A stretch of DNA of 64,000 nucleotides, from IMG/VR virus record IMGVR_UViG_3300009093_000034, positions 1 through 64,000 of that record; one strand, given 5' to 3'. Of this stretch, positions 54,676 to 63,125 are shown piece after piece. Made by a program: the position numbers and the translations under genes. How positions within the stretch are numbered: position 1 is the stretch's first letter; the number at the start of each line of letters is the position of its first letter. The notes beneath the pieces were generated by a model. That model was not told where the DNA came from and searched no databases. It saw only the letters and a list, made by a program, of their open reading frames with translations.

Positions 54676-55094
54676 CACGATACGTTTTAGGTTTTCTTTT
54701 TGATGACGAAAAGAACACGGTCGTCTTGATCAAGAAAAACAAGCCTGTTTGGCAAAAAGGTCTCTTGAACGGTGTTGGTGGGAAGATCGAAGAAGGTGAA
54801 CTTCCTATAGTCGCTATGGTAAGAGAGTTTGAAGAGGAAACGTCTGTGAAAACAGACAACCTTGATTGGAAGCACTTTGCTGGTGTTGAAGGCGAAGGTT
54901 ACTCCATCGCTTGTTTCTACACCATCAGTTCTGACTACATGAAAAACGTCAAGACCATGGAAGAAGAAGTGATCGAGATTCGTAGGATTCGAGATCTTCA
55001 AGATCTTCCTATAGTCTCCAATCTTCTTTGGTTGGTTCACCTTGCAAAAGATGAAAACAATGGTAACCATCCTACTGTTCAAGTAAAGTACTAA
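54672..55094 (+). CDS. Nudix hydrolase
   Basis: LNGVGGKIEEGELPIVAMVREFEEETSV (Nudix box). Confidence 0.9.
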   Translation: MTRYVLGFLFDDEKNTVVLIKKNKPVWQKGLLNGVGGKIEEGELPIVAMVREFEEETSVKTDNLDWKHFAGVEGEGYSIACFYTISSDYMKNVKTMEEEVIEIRRIRDLQDLPIVSNLLWLVHLAKDENNGNHPTVQVKY

Positions 55095-55128
55095 ATGACT
55101 GTTATTCTTCTGTGTGTACTAATTGTAC

Positions 55129-55590
55129 ATGAGAAGAACCTATAGAATAGAAAAGTCTTTAGATATTGAGGAGTTCATTAGAATAACTAATGAATCGTTA
55201 ACCATGAAACAAGCTGCTGTGAAACTTGGTCTTCATTTTAATAGTTTCAGAAGAATAGCAGTAAAGTATGGAGTTTATCGACCTAATCGTGGAGGCAAAG
55301 GAACCCATAAGCATAAAGAAAATGGGACTACACCTCTTACTGAAATTTTGGAAGGAAACCATCCATCATATCAAACGTTTAGATTAAAACTTAGATTAAT
55401 TTCAGAAGGAATTTTTATTCCAGAATGTTCTGAATGCAAAAATACTCAATGGAATAAAAAAGAAATTCCTTTAGAGTTAGATCACATAGATGGAAATTCT
55501 TCTAACCATCTTTTAGACAACTTACGATTGTTATGTCCAAATTGTCATGCACAAACTGAGACGTATAGAGGAAAAAACAAAAAGTTTTGA
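55129..55590 (+). CDS. HNH endonuclease (homing-type)
   Basis: CSECKN...LELDHIDGNSSNHLLDNLRLLCPNCHAQT; AT-rich; ACTAATT-N4-ATG. Confidence 0.9.
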   Translation: MRRTYRIEKSLDIEEFIRITNESLTMKQAAVKLGLHFNSFRRIAVKYGVYRPNRGGKGTHKHKENGTTPLTEILEGNHPSYQTFRLKLRLISEGIFIPECSECKNTQWNKKEIPLELDHIDGNSSNHLLDNLRLLCPNCHAQTETYRGKNKKF

Positions 55591-55610
55591 GATATTACTC
55601 AAGCAAGTGA

Positions 55611-55721
55611 GCGGGAGTGGAGAAATGGTGAGACTCAGCGGACTTATGAATGCATTCTAACTAGTGCATTGAATAAATCCGCTGCTTAAGAGGCGTGCCG
55701 GTTCGAGTCCGGTCTCCCGCA
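55611..55721 (+). tRNA. tRNA-Leu (UAA if spliced at 35/36) with a 28-nt anticodon-loop insert; no encoded CCA
   Basis: Acceptor GCGGGAG/CTCCCGC-A73, D stem GAG/CTC, anticodon stem GCGGA/TCCGC, long variable arm, T-arm GCCGG-TTCGAGT-CCGGT, A15:U48; insert at 55647-55674; TGAGATATT motif at 55588. Confidence 0.8.
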
Positions 55722-55769
55722 GAAGTTGGACCGTAGAGTTCAACGATTTCCCAAAGAGGAGGATAACCA

Positions 55770-56222
55770 ATGAGTTATCTCACTGCTACTACTCAGGACA
55801 TTCAGGACGTCGCTAAGACCCTGATTTATGCCACTGACAAGACCACGTCCCGCGACATTCTGGAGAAGATGCGCGCCGACAATTACTGGATCAACCAGAC
55901 CGAGGTCGCTGCTGCGCTTCGTGATCTTCTGGCCACGGATCCTTCCTACGTTCGGACCTTTCAGCCCGATGCCTCGGTTCCTACCGGTGGCTACTTCATC
56001 TACGGCCTTGCGAGCGTGATCAAGACCACGGCCTCTGCCCCTGTCTACCCTGCGAAGGTGAAGAAGGTTCAGACTGTTGGTGACTACGAAGCTCGTGACA
56101 AGAACGATCCCAACTGGACCCTCGTTCGTTACGACAACGTCACCGAGAACCAGGCCAAGCATCTCTTCTCCGAAGAGTACGGCGTCGCCTACACTGACGT
56201 TCGCGTCAAGAAGGCTGTCTAA
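55770..56222 (+). CDS. Hypothetical protein, two-domain
   Basis: GAGGAGG RBS, strong codon bias; C-terminal module shared with the ORF at 1..1029. Confidence 0.8.
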   Translation: MSYLTATTQDIQDVAKTLIYATDKTTSRDILEKMRADNYWINQTEVAAALRDLLATDPSYVRTFQPDASVPTGGYFIYGLASVIKTTASAPVYPAKVKKVQTVGDYEARDKNDPNWTLVRYDNVTENQAKHLFSEEYGVAYTDVRVKKAV

Positions 56223-56261
56223 GAAAAAAGTTTCTCTTGAAAAGAGAGGCTGAGATATTGT

Positions 56262-56370
56262 ATACGTAATGACCTAGAGCTTGAGCATAGGTTAAGCCAA
56301 ACGGTAAAGTAAAGGCCGCCAAATAGCAAAAGGGAGGGTTTCTATCTTCTAAAGATCTAAACCACTATAT
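56262..56370 (+). ncRNA. Candidate small structured RNA
   Basis: Lies between the TGAGATATTGT motif (56251) and a terminator-like hairpin (approx. 56398-56430); no ORF; stems ACCTA/TAGGT and GGTTT..ATCTT/AAGAT..AAACC. Confidence 0.35.
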
Positions 56371-56397
56371 TTTGTTTTTTTAATAGATTGTTTTTCG

Positions 56398-56430
56398 AAA
56401 AGGGAACCTGTTGGTTCCCTTTTCCTTTTT
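56398..56430 (+). terminator. Terminator-like hairpin
   Basis: AAAAGGGAAC-CTGTTG-GTTCCCTTTT. Confidence 0.75.
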
Positions 56431-56440
56431 GTGAAGAGAA

Positions 56441-56451
56441 TGAGATATTGT
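56441..56451 (+). promoter_or_regulatory. TGAGATATTGT motif upstream of PARP
   Basis: Exact motif. Confidence 0.65.
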
Positions 56452-56480
56452 AGACAACTTATAGTTCATGGAGACTACAG

Positions 56481-57692
56481 ATGGCCCGTATTGAAAAGCT
56501 GATCATGGTGACCGGTGAAGAGAATCACAACAAGGTCTATGAGCTGATCGACAACGAGAACGGTACTTGTACCGCCAAGTGGGGTCGGGTTGGCGCTGCT
56601 CTTCAGGAGTGCAACTACCCCATCAGCGAGTTTGAAAAGAAGCTCAAGGAAAAGGTCAAGAAGGGCTATCGCGTGATCACCGATCTTCTGTCTGTCGAGA
56701 AAAGTGATGGTAAGACCACCACTACGGACGACGAAGAGGTAAAGATCCAGAACATGTCCCGTGAGGCCATGGAGTTGATCAACTTCCTCCAGAGTTGTGC
56801 TAAGGGCATCGTCAAGCAGAACTACACCGTCAAAGTTGCCGACGTTACTCAGAAGCAGATCGACGCTGCTCAGGCCATCCTGGACGGACTGGTTGCTCTG
56901 TCCAACCAGAACTGGTCTCGTGAAGAGGCCAACAAGATCCTTTTGGATCTTTACAACACCATCCCCCGGAAGATGAGCAACACCAAGAACTTCCTCATCC
57001 AGATCGACAACATCACGAAGAAGCGCCTTCAGGAGTTGATCTCCAGTGAAGCCGATCTTCTTGACGTTATGCGCGGTCAGGTTCAGACCACGAACGTTGC
57101 TCCCAAGTCTTCCACTGGCGAAGTCAAGTTGGATATTGAGATTCGTCTCGCTACTCCCGATGAGATCGATGAGATCTCCAAGAAGACTGACTTTGATGTT
57201 CGTAGTGCTGCAAGGATCTATCGGGTGGAGAACACCAAGACCAAGAATCGCTACGAAAGTATCAACAAGCAGAATGAACAGCTTCTCTACCACGGTTCTC
57301 GCAGCCAGAACTGGTGGTCGATCATCAACGGCGGTTTGAAGATTCGTCCGACCAACGCCGTTCACACTGGCTCGATGTTCTCCGATGGTATCTACGCTGC
57401 TGACAAAGCTCAGAAGTCTCTCGGTTACACCGACGGTGGTTATTGGACTGGTAGCAGTGGTTCCTCGAAGAGGTTCCTCGGCATCTACAGTTTCAACCTC
57501 GGTCGTCAGTGGGATCTGTTCGCTGGTGGTCAGCGTCATGCCAGCTGGATGATGCAGCTCAACCTGAAGAAGATCAACGACAAGGGTTTTGACTCTCTGT
57601 TCGCTAAGGGTGGAGCAGATCTTCGCAACAATGAGATGATCGTGTTCGAAGAGGCTCGCTGCACCATCAAGTATCTGATCGAGATGCGTTAA
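56481..57692 (+). CDS. Poly(ADP-ribose) polymerase-like ADP-ribosyltransferase (WGR + regulatory + catalytic)
   Basis: NHNKVY...AKWGRVG (WGR); LYNTIPRK (regulatory); LLYHGS, GSMFSDGIYAADKAQKSLGY, NNEMIVF...KYLIEM (H-Y-E triad). Confidence 0.92.
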   Translation: MARIEKLIMVTGEENHNKVYELIDNENGTCTAKWGRVGAALQECNYPISEFEKKLKEKVKKGYRVITDLLSVEKSDGKTTTTDDEEVKIQNMSREAMELINFLQSCAKGIVKQNYTVKVADVTQKQIDAAQAILDGLVALSNQNWSREEANKILLDLYNTIPRKMSNTKNFLIQIDNITKKRLQELISSEADLLDVMRGQVQTTNVAPKSSTGEVKLDIEIRLATPDEIDEISKKTDFDVRSAARIYRVENTKTKNRYESINKQNEQLLYHGSRSQNWWSIINGGLKIRPTNAVHTGSMFSDGIYAADKAQKSLGYTDGGYWTGSSGSSKRFLGIYSFNLGRQWDLFAGGQRHASWMMQLNLKKINDKGFDSLFAKGGADLRNNEMIVFEEARCTIKYLIEMR

Positions 57693-57694
57693 CC

Positions 57695-57931
57695 ATGTCA
57701 AAGTTTGAGATCTCCATCGAAGCTGGTCTCCTTATGAAAGGTCAGGTTAGACGTCTCCTTGAAAAAACCAAGAGAGATCTTCTTTGGAACAATCCTCAAG
57801 CTTACGTTGAGATCTACGAAGAATCATACTTTCTTGAATCTGAATTTACCTTCAGGGTCAAGAACATCAACGAAGTCGAACGTCTTGCTCTTCTGAAGTA
57901 TTTTCAGAAGATCGACCAGGAGACCTTATGA
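57695..57931 (+). CDS. Hypothetical protein
   Basis: Packed array. Confidence 0.7.
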   Translation: MSKFEISIEAGLLMKGQVRRLLEKTKRDLLWNNPQAYVEIYEESYFLESEFTFRVKNINEVERLALLKYFQKIDQETL

Positions 57932-58039
57932 GAACTTCTTGGCAAAGAGGCTACGATGCCTATTGGGACTATCCTGAGATGGTTCCTGATTTGAGCTCTC
58001 CTAGAGAGTTCAGAATGGGCTGGTGGGCAGCCTACGACG

Positions 58040-58339
58040 ATGATCATGATTGGGGAGTTTGGTATGCCTACTGAAAAGATCTCTCATTTCCTTGTCTTCC
58101 ACCAAGAAGACGAACACTTCGGTATCTATGGAGTGTTTAACTCCATGGAAGACATCTTCGTCTCCATCAACAAAGAATCTCCGATGACCAAAGTTCGTTT
58201 GATCCACATGGGCCGAATCCATGAGATGGAAGGTACCGAGATCGTTGATGAGATCTACATCGACGAGGTGAAAGAGTTCATCGATGTTGGTCTTGAAGAA
58301 CTCACCATTGCTCAAGAGAATGGGATGGAGGAGATCTGA
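58040..58339 (+). CDS. Hypothetical acidic protein
   Basis: Packed array. Confidence 0.65.
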   Translation: MIMIGEFGMPTEKISHFLVFHQEDEHFGIYGVFNSMEDIFVSINKESPMTKVRLIHMGRIHEMEGTEIVDEIYIDEVKEFIDVGLEELTIAQENGMEEI

Positions 58340-58560
58340 TGATCAAGATTGAGATTGAAGGTTACGAACCTAACTCGGTTGAGTTCCTTCGTAAGGAACA
58401 TGGTCTCTACCATCATCTGAGAGATCTTTTCAACAAAGGTGAGCTCACCATTTGGGAGATGAACACGGTCGACAAGATCATGAATGGTCATCTCAGAGAC
58501 ATCAAGAGAGGCCTCATTGAAAGAGGTCTCATGACCGAAAAAGAAGTAGAAAAGGTTTAA
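58339..58560 (+). CDS. Hypothetical protein
   Basis: TGATG coupling, GGAGG RBS. Confidence 0.7.
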   Translation: MIKIEIEGYEPNSVEFLRKEHGLYHHLRDLFNKGELTIWEMNTVDKIMNGHLRDIKRGLIERGLMTEKEVEKV

Positions 58561-58562
58561 CC

Positions 58563-58802
58563 ATGCCTCTTGTTTTTGTTTACGTTCCGATCTTTCCTCA
58601 TCCAATGTATCGAAGTGGAGGTGGAGGCGATCCTAGGATCGTATTTGTTTGCCTTGGAGCTATTCTTCTTTCTGTTGTACTTTGTCTTTTGGCCAAATGG
58701 GCCTTTGACACGTACGAAAAAATGAAAGACAACAGAAAGTTCCGAAGGTTCTCTCCTCCTAAAAGGAACAACAAGAGAGTTCCTAGAAAGTGGTTGAGTT
58801 AA
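58563..58802 (+). CDS. Single-TM protein
   Basis: IVFVCLGAILLSVVLCLLA. Confidence 0.65.
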   Translation: MPLVFVYVPIFPHPMYRSGGGGDPRIVFVCLGAILLSVVLCLLAKWAFDTYEKMKDNRKFRRFSPPKRNNKRVPRKWLS

Positions 58803-58814
58803 GGAAGTTTTGAA

Positions 58815-59147
58815 ATGAGTCTTTTTCTTTCAGACAGTCGATCATCTTTTGATGAAAATTCTCCTGTCCAAGCCAACACCTACTCTCCCCGCCTTGGAAA
58901 GAAACTTAGCGGAAAGGTTCATGTTGGAAACCTGGAGATTGACAACAGCGATTTTTGCGAGTTGGTCCTTTACTTTTTGACCAACACAGACCTTGATCCT
59001 GAACATGATTCCAGAGAGTCTCTTTTGAAGACTCTCAAAGAGTTGAATATCACGGAACACGGCTACAATCAGGGCTATCGAAGGATCATCTGGAACCCAA
59101 CCAACGATCCTAACGCCGGTAAATGGGTCGACAACGAGAACCAGTAG
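58815..59147 (+). CDS. Hypothetical protein
   Basis: AAGGAAG RBS. Confidence 0.7.
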   Translation: MSLFLSDSRSSFDENSPVQANTYSPRLGKKLSGKVHVGNLEIDNSDFCELVLYFLTNTDLDPEHDSRESLLKTLKELNITEHGYNQGYRRIIWNPTNDPNAGKWVDNENQ

Positions 59148-59153
59148 TATACT

Positions 59154-59726
59154 ATGACCATGGAATTTTACGAAGCAAACTACCAAATCCAGATGGACCC
59201 AGTGTTCCTAGAGAACATCAAATGGGGAAAGCCCAGGTCTGGTCACGATGAAGGAACCATTCACGCTCACATCGACGAACTTTGTCGAAACCTTGAGAAA
59301 GTAGAGAAGATCTCTGATCTGGAGAAGAACAAGCTTCTCTTCATGATCCTTGTTCACGACACTTTTAAGAAGGATGCCACTCCGGACTCTGCGATTGAGG
59401 ATCCTAACTCTCATGCCTCTTTGGCTGTCCAGTACGCCAAGAAGTTCACAGATGACAAGGATGTTTTGACGATCCTTCAGTACCACGATCTGAACTTCTC
59501 TTTGTCCAAGTCTTTCCAGAAGACAGGCTCCTACAACGTAGGAAGGCTCTACAACCTTATTGGAAAGTTAACAGATGATGGAGTCAAGCTTCTTATCATC
59601 TTCACCTACATTGATGGGTGGACCAAAGGTAAGGACCATAGCAAACTTCCTTGGTTCAAGGATGAGATCCTGAACAAGAGGGCCATTCACTGGTCAGAAC
59701 AATGGATCGAACAATTTAAGGACTAA
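59154..59726 (+). CDS. HD-domain phosphohydrolase
   Basis: HDEGTIHAH, LVHDTFK, HASLA, QYHD, TYIDG. Confidence 0.75.
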   Translation: MTMEFYEANYQIQMDPVFLENIKWGKPRSGHDEGTIHAHIDELCRNLEKVEKISDLEKNKLLFMILVHDTFKKDATPDSAIEDPNSHASLAVQYAKKFTDDKDVLTILQYHDLNFSLSKSFQKTGSYNVGRLYNLIGKLTDDGVKLLIIFTYIDGWTKGKDHSKLPWFKDEILNKRAIHWSEQWIEQFKD

Positions 59727-59728
59727 CA

Positions 59729-60220
59729 ATGAAAACTGTAGCAGAATATACGAAGATTCGATTTAAGAACCCAATGGTTCCAGCATACGGAGACGTCATC
59801 TCTGTAGTCTTGTCAGATGCTAAGAACATCGCCATCGCTGACGGTAAACGAGAGGTCAGCAACAACGATCTTCTTGTTGCTGCTAGGAAGTATCTCATTG
59901 ATCTCTATGAGACTTGCCTCTCTATCTCTGTTGCCACTGGTCATCACGGAGCTCTTGGTCCTTCTGTTCCTGATGAACTAAAGTCCAAGATCGCAGTTGC
60001 CTATCATGTGTTCTTTCCTGACGTGAAGACGCCTGACGAGACCAACAAACTTGTGGAGTCTTACATGGCCTCCAATGGTCTCTCTTATGAGATCAAGAAT
60101 CTCAACCAGATCAAGAACGCTTTTGCTCTTGATGAAACCCTAGACTGGGTGGCCTTTAGACTTTGGACTAGCGCTAACCTCGCTATCCCTGAAAAGAAAG
60201 ACAAAAAGAAAAAGGAATAA
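59729..60220 (+). CDS. Hypothetical protein
   Basis: Packed array. Confidence 0.7.
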   Translation: MKTVAEYTKIRFKNPMVPAYGDVISVVLSDAKNIAIADGKREVSNNDLLVAARKYLIDLYETCLSISVATGHHGALGPSVPDELKSKIAVAYHVFFPDVKTPDETNKLVESYMASNGLSYEIKNLNQIKNAFALDETLDWVAFRLWTSANLAIPEKKDKKKKE

Positions 60221-60223
60221 AGT

Positions 60224-60460
60224 ATGGAAGTTAAGATCAAGCTCCTAGACGGTACAGACGTTACCTACGCTATCCCCGACGAAGGAAAGGGAACCCCAAA
60301 TTGTCAAGGTATCTGTGTGATCCTCACACCTGATGACAAGAAGAACATTGAGGCCATGCCTGCCGAATCAAGGAAGTATCTTCTGTTTGACAATGAGAAG
60401 ATGACCGAAGATGAAGCAAGAACTTTCATCGGTTCTGCCGGCTTCACAGAACTCGTATGA
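60224..60460 (+). CDS. Hypothetical protein
   Basis: Packed array. Confidence 0.7.
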   Translation: MEVKIKLLDGTDVTYAIPDEGKGTPNCQGICVILTPDDKKNIEAMPAESRKYLLFDNEKMTEDEARTFIGSAGFTELV

Positions 60461-60626
60461 CACATCTTGTCTGCCCAGCATGTGAAGCACTAGTAGAAGA
60501 AAAAGATTGGATTAAGGTTGAGATCAAAAATGCTCAGTATGAAAATTATAGTGACGTAGGTCCTATAGTTGCATGTCCAATCTGTGGGAGTATCAAACTA
60601 AAGTTCCTCCCAGATAGGAAACAGAA

Positions 60627-61556
60627 ATGAGTGACGCAGTAGAAAAGAAAGAACCCACGTATGATGAGATCGTCAAAAGCGCTAAAGAGTACTTTGAAGA
60701 ACTCAAAGCCAAGATCAAGGTCTCTAACGATGAGCTTCTTGACCAGATCTCCACAAACTCAGCTCAGCTCTTTGCTCAGCTAGAGAGAACTGGACAGATT
60801 CAGGCCATGAAGAAACTTGTGGCTCACATTGCCTTGATTGAAAAGGAACACGAGATCATCAAGTCTGGGATCAACACCTTTGTGACCACAGATGAGATCA
60901 AAGAGTTCATTGACAAGGTTGATGGACGTGTGGTGAATCTCATTGAGCTGCATAAGTATGAGCGTGAGGTTCCTGAGAACGTGATCCAGAAGTACGAGAA
61001 GGTCAAACATCTTTTCACCACCTTCTTCGTTCTTTTCACTGACTACACAAAAGAACACGCCAAAAAGATCGCCAAGGAAAGAGATCCTATTCTCTTTGGT
61101 ATGCTTCAAGACGCTGGAACCAAGGCCACGACTCAGCGTATGTATGTGATCGGTGACTGGGAAGATGAGTATTGTGATCTTACTTTGGACCGACTTGTGT
61201 CCGAAGCCGCTGGTCTCTTTGACAGACCGATCGCTATTCAGTTCAGAGATCCTTTGTCCCTTGACGAGATGAGAGCTAAGCTCAAGATGTTGGATGGAGA
61301 GTCCAAATCTGATAACTCTAGATGGGCAATGAACAATGTCGTGGTTACCGGAACCACTGCTTCCATGCAAAACATCTACGTTCCTGTAGTTCCATCAGAA
61401 CAGGATTTTAAAGATAAGAGCATTCCTGATGAAGTTCAAGAAGTCGCAAAAGACGTTGTTGAAGAGGAAGAAACTCGAAGTCTTCTCACTAAAGATTCTG
61501 AGATTGACACCATGATTCTCCAAGAGACCAAGAAGCCTTGGTGGAAGTTCTGGTAA
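60627..61556 (+). CDS. Hypothetical protein
   Basis: AGGA RBS; DPILFG and YVIGDWEDEYCDLTLD motifs. Confidence 0.75.
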   Translation: MSDAVEKKEPTYDEIVKSAKEYFEELKAKIKVSNDELLDQISTNSAQLFAQLERTGQIQAMKKLVAHIALIEKEHEIIKSGINTFVTTDEIKEFIDKVDGRVVNLIELHKYEREVPENVIQKYEKVKHLFTTFFVLFTDYTKEHAKKIAKERDPILFGMLQDAGTKATTQRMYVIGDWEDEYCDLTLDRLVSEAAGLFDRPIAIQFRDPLSLDEMRAKLKMLDGESKSDNSRWAMNNVVVTGTTASMQNIYVPVVPSEQDFKDKSIPDEVQEVAKDVVEEEETRSLLTKDSEIDTMILQETKKPWWKFW

Positions 61557-61559
61557 ACT

Positions 61560-61976
61560 ATGCTCTCAGACGTAGACCTGACCAGAGATAGAATCTTAGG
61601 TCAAGAACCTACATCAGCAAAGGACAACTTCATACAGATCTTAGAAGGGCCTTCTAGACATAGACTTTCAATTGGAAGAAAACATGCCTCAGTCCTTTTT
61701 TACGATCTTATTGGAGAAGAGCTCCCTAAAGAACAAGATCACTTTAGAACTGATGAAAAGTTTGGGGATTGGTGGCAAGGTGGAACTTACAAAGACATCT
61801 TGAAAAGACGCGTTGATCCGTTCCATGAACAGAAAGACGATAGTTGTTACCGATGTGGAACCACGTTACTCCTATGGGAGAAACACTCAGAACTTTGTCC
61901 AGAGTGTGAACGGACCATGTCCATTCAACCCAGAAGTTCTGATGAGACTATTGAAGGGATCTTAGGTTTAAGATAA
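61560..61976 (+). CDS. Hypothetical Zn-ribbon protein
   Basis: CYRCG...CPEC. Confidence 0.65.
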   Translation: MLSDVDLTRDRILGQEPTSAKDNFIQILEGPSRHRLSIGRKHASVLFYDLIGEELPKEQDHFRTDEKFGDWWQGGTYKDILKRRVDPFHEQKDDSCYRCGTTLLLWEKHSELCPECERTMSIQPRSSDETIEGILGLR

Positions 61977-61986
61977 GGAGAAGACT

Positions 61987-62199
61987 ATGTTCTTCAAGAT
62001 ACTTTGTGCAGTGTTTCTTAACATTGCTCTAGGAATTGCTTTCTATGGCGTGGCTGTTCCGTATGCAGTCAATGAGCTTCCAGGAGGCTCTGGTTTCATC
62101 TTGGTCGGAGTAGGAATCATCCTACAGCTCTGGATCAACTGGACCATTTTCAAGAAGCCTCTCAAGGCTCTTGGTGAAAAGATTAAGGAGGACTTCTAA
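61987..62199 (+). CDS. Two-TM membrane protein
   Basis: AGGAG RBS, hydrophobic; precedes the SPFH gene. Confidence 0.7.
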   Translation: MFFKILCAVFLNIALGIAFYGVAVPYAVNELPGGSGFILVGVGIILQLWINWTIFKKPLKALGEKIKEDF

Positions 62200-62202
62200 A
62201 AT

Positions 62203-63066
62203 ATGAGAAGTTTCAAGTTCATTTCGTTGCTGGCAGTTGTTCTGTTGGCACTGGCAAGCTGTTCTCAGCTCCAGGTTAAGGCAGGTCACGTTGGTATCAT
62301 CGTTGACCAGTACGGATCTGGTTCTGGTGTTGAACAGCAGGTCGTAGGTGTAGGTTATCACAGTCTTGGCTGGAATCAGCAAGGATATGACTACCCGATC
62401 TATAAGATCCAGTACCAGTTCAAGAACAATGGCAAAGAAGGAGTGGATGAATCGATCCCCTTCCAATCTAAGGAAGGTGTGAAGTGCTCGGCTGATGTGG
62501 CCATTCAGGTCCAGGTCGAGAACGATAACAAGTCGATCATCAACTTGTTCACCAGTTACCGAGAGGACATCGAGACCGTCGTCCATACCCAGGTTCATAA
62601 TCGACTTCGTGACTACATGGGTCTCTACGCATCCAAGATGACCGTAGATGATCTGTATGGAAACAAGCGCTTTGACATGTTGATTGATGTTACCAAGGCC
62701 CTAGCGGACGAGTTCTCCAAGCAAGGTCTGATCATTGACAACCTTAGCTTCTTGGGTGTTGTTGAGTTCCCTGAGACTATCAAGTCTGCCATTGATGCAA
62801 AGATGGCTGCTACTCAAAAGGCTCAGCAGAGAGACAACGAGATCGCGACTGCTCAGGCAAGTGCTGCTATCCAGGTCACCCAGGCTAAAGGTGAGGCCGA
62901 TTCTAACCGAATCTTGGCTGCTTCGATCAGTCCTGAGATCCTGAAGCTCAAGGAGCTCCAGAACCAAGAGAAGTTCATCGAGGCTCTTTCCACAGGAAAG
63001 GCTACGATGCCTACCACGTATGTGGCAGGTGGTTCTAACTCCCAGACCTTCATTCCTTTGAAGTAA
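62203..63066 (+). CDS. SPFH/Band 7 (prohibitin-like) protein
   Basis: VKAGHVGIIVD, SKEGV, AIDAKMAATQKAQQRDNEI, AKGEADSNRILAASISPEIL; N-terminal lipobox-like LASC. Confidence 0.9.
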   Translation: MRSFKFISLLAVVLLALASCSQLQVKAGHVGIIVDQYGSGSGVEQQVVGVGYHSLGWNQQGYDYPIYKIQYQFKNNGKEGVDESIPFQSKEGVKCSADVAIQVQVENDNKSIINLFTSYREDIETVVHTQVHNRLRDYMGLYASKMTVDDLYGNKRFDMLIDVTKALADEFSKQGLIIDNLSFLGVVEFPETIKSAIDAKMAATQKAQQRDNEIATAQASAAIQVTQAKGEADSNRILAASISPEILKLKELQNQEKFIEALSTGKATMPTTYVAGGSNSQTFIPLK

Positions 63067-63085
63067 GTCATTTGATTTACTGATC

Positions 63086-63113
63086 AAGGCCCTCGTAAGA
63101 GGGCCTTTTTATT
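63086..63113 (+). terminator. Intrinsic terminator
   Basis: AAGGCCCTC-GTAA-GAGGGCCTTTT. Confidence 0.85.
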
Positions 63114-63125
63114 TACTAATTGATC

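Noticed and set aside
55647-55674. Group I intron or perfect archaeal bulge-helix-bulge in the tRNA
   Set aside because: 28 nt is far too short for a group I core, and the best BHB fit needs a C-A mismatch and a 4-nt bulge.
55722-55760. Hairpin after the tRNA as a second tRNA
   Set aside because: Only one 7-bp stem (GTTGGAC/GTTCAAC); no cloverleaf or T-loop.
56475-57701. 408-aa minus-strand ORF exactly opposite the PARP
   Set aside because: Antisense shadow: the sense gene's codon bias avoids TTA/CTA/TCA, leaving the reverse frame open; no RBS or recognisable motif. The same applies to 33239..34003, 38631..39452, 60780..61370 and 48524..49111.
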